Below, piece after piece: positions 62,828-64,000 of a DNA stretch of 64,000 nt. This stretch comes from Stylophora pistillata (taxonomy: Eukaryota). The notes under the pieces were generated by a model. The model was not told where the DNA came from and ran no database searches. It saw only the letters and a program-made list of their open reading frames with translations. Position numbers and translations under genes: made by a program. Numbering within the stretch: position 1 is the first letter of the stretch; the number at the start of each line of letters is the position of its first letter. The stretch spans positions 882,097 to 946,096 of the forward strand of contig NW_019217815.1 in assembly GCF_002571385.2 (NCBI RefSeq). Direction: 5' to 3'.

Positions 62828-64000
62828 TTAGATTTAAATCAAGTTTCATTTTTTTTTATATTCAGTCTTGCGCAAGGAGCTAGCGAATAAAAACCATACC
62901 TTGGTAATATTTTGCCAACATGTTTATTATAAAAAATGAACTCTCCGAAATTGAAGAACCTTTAGTTCAAACAACTATTCTCAAAGTTGAATTGCCGGTT
63001 CTGAGTAGAAATATAGCCATCGTTTGACAAAAATATATTCATTAACGATACAAAATCAAAAAAGCTTCACGAGAGAGATTTTTATCATTATTGATGATTA
63101 ATCAGATCATATAACATAAATTTGTACTTCAGTTACAACCTGGTAATTAAAATGCCTGGATTAAAGCTAATCGAATTTTGGACCACTTTGAATGCTGGAT
63201 TTCAGTTTTAAAGCGGCATCCTTACATATTTGACCTGTTATAAAAATATAGTAGGAGTATTCTTAATTACATACATGAATCTTCTTCGTCGAAAATTAAG
63301 CGATTCGTCGACGTATCAGTTCCAGTAATAAGAAAATTATATCCAATGTCATCAGAAACATATTATTGGTCTCGGATGACTTCAAGAAAATTTGACAAAG
63401 TAAGACTTGTTATCTTTCTAAGTCCGCTAGTTACTTCACCCCATGCTGTTAAGTACTGTCCGAGCTTGGTAAATAGATACAAGTATGTTATATTGGAAGC
63501 GAATATACTGTCCTGAAATAGAATAGAAAATATCGAAGGCTCTTACAAAATCAAGATACTAGGTTTGCTTCAGCAGTAATATTTTTAAATTGAGCGTGAG
63601 AAAAGTCTAAGATTGCATGAGCTTTCCTTAACTTGGCGCTGTTAAAATCACCCCAATATCGCAACCAATCAGAAGTAGAGGTAAAACCATTCGTGCTTTG
63701 GTTATTTGCGTTTTCCCGCGCTATTAGTGCTTTGCTTAGTTTTTTTCGTTGAGTTCTGATTGGCTCATAATGATATCTTCCTTTGCTCTGAGTGGTCGTT
63801 GCGATTCGCTGTAATTATTTTAGTTTTCTTTTCGCTGAATCGAATTGCACTCTTACTATTAACATATTTTTATGAAATTTAAAGTGCTACTGCGACCAAA
63901 AATGCGCCTTTTCTTTTCTCCTCAGAGGTTGAAAGTAACTACCCTAAGTAACAAATTTGCCAAATCTTAAGGCAAAACTCCATCGGGAAGTAATATTATT

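Overview
Eukaryotic, intron-rich, AT-rich genomic DNA, most likely a scleractinian coral or other anthozoan (inferred from gene content and repeat families). Four protein-coding genes can be built by hand from GT-AG, phase-compatible exons. (1) A 5'-truncated RIMS-binding protein (coiled coil, SH3, 3xFN3, 2xSH3) on +, 772-16555, 18 exons. (2) A GH65 PGGHG/ATHL1-like hydrolase with an apparent signal peptide on -, 21422-17687, 3 exons. (3) A 3xSH3 protein matching Drosophila Dlish/Vamana on +, 26074-29449, 3 exons. (4) A ~3,480-aa coiled-coil protein encoded almost entirely by one 10.36-kb exon on -, 43104-32745, with candidate upstream exons in 52999-60447. Non-coding DNA holds a Tx1/L1 RT fragment, tRNA-derived SINEs, Penelope-like remnants with minimal hammerhead ribozyme motifs, and a tRNA-containing tandem/inverted element with 12-15 bp target-site duplications. 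It also holds several unrelated long-hairpin elements sharing a GA/GNA-loop apex, and two perfect minisatellites. No CRISPR, rRNA or convincing canonical tRNA gene. All coordinates were read by eye; no searches were run.
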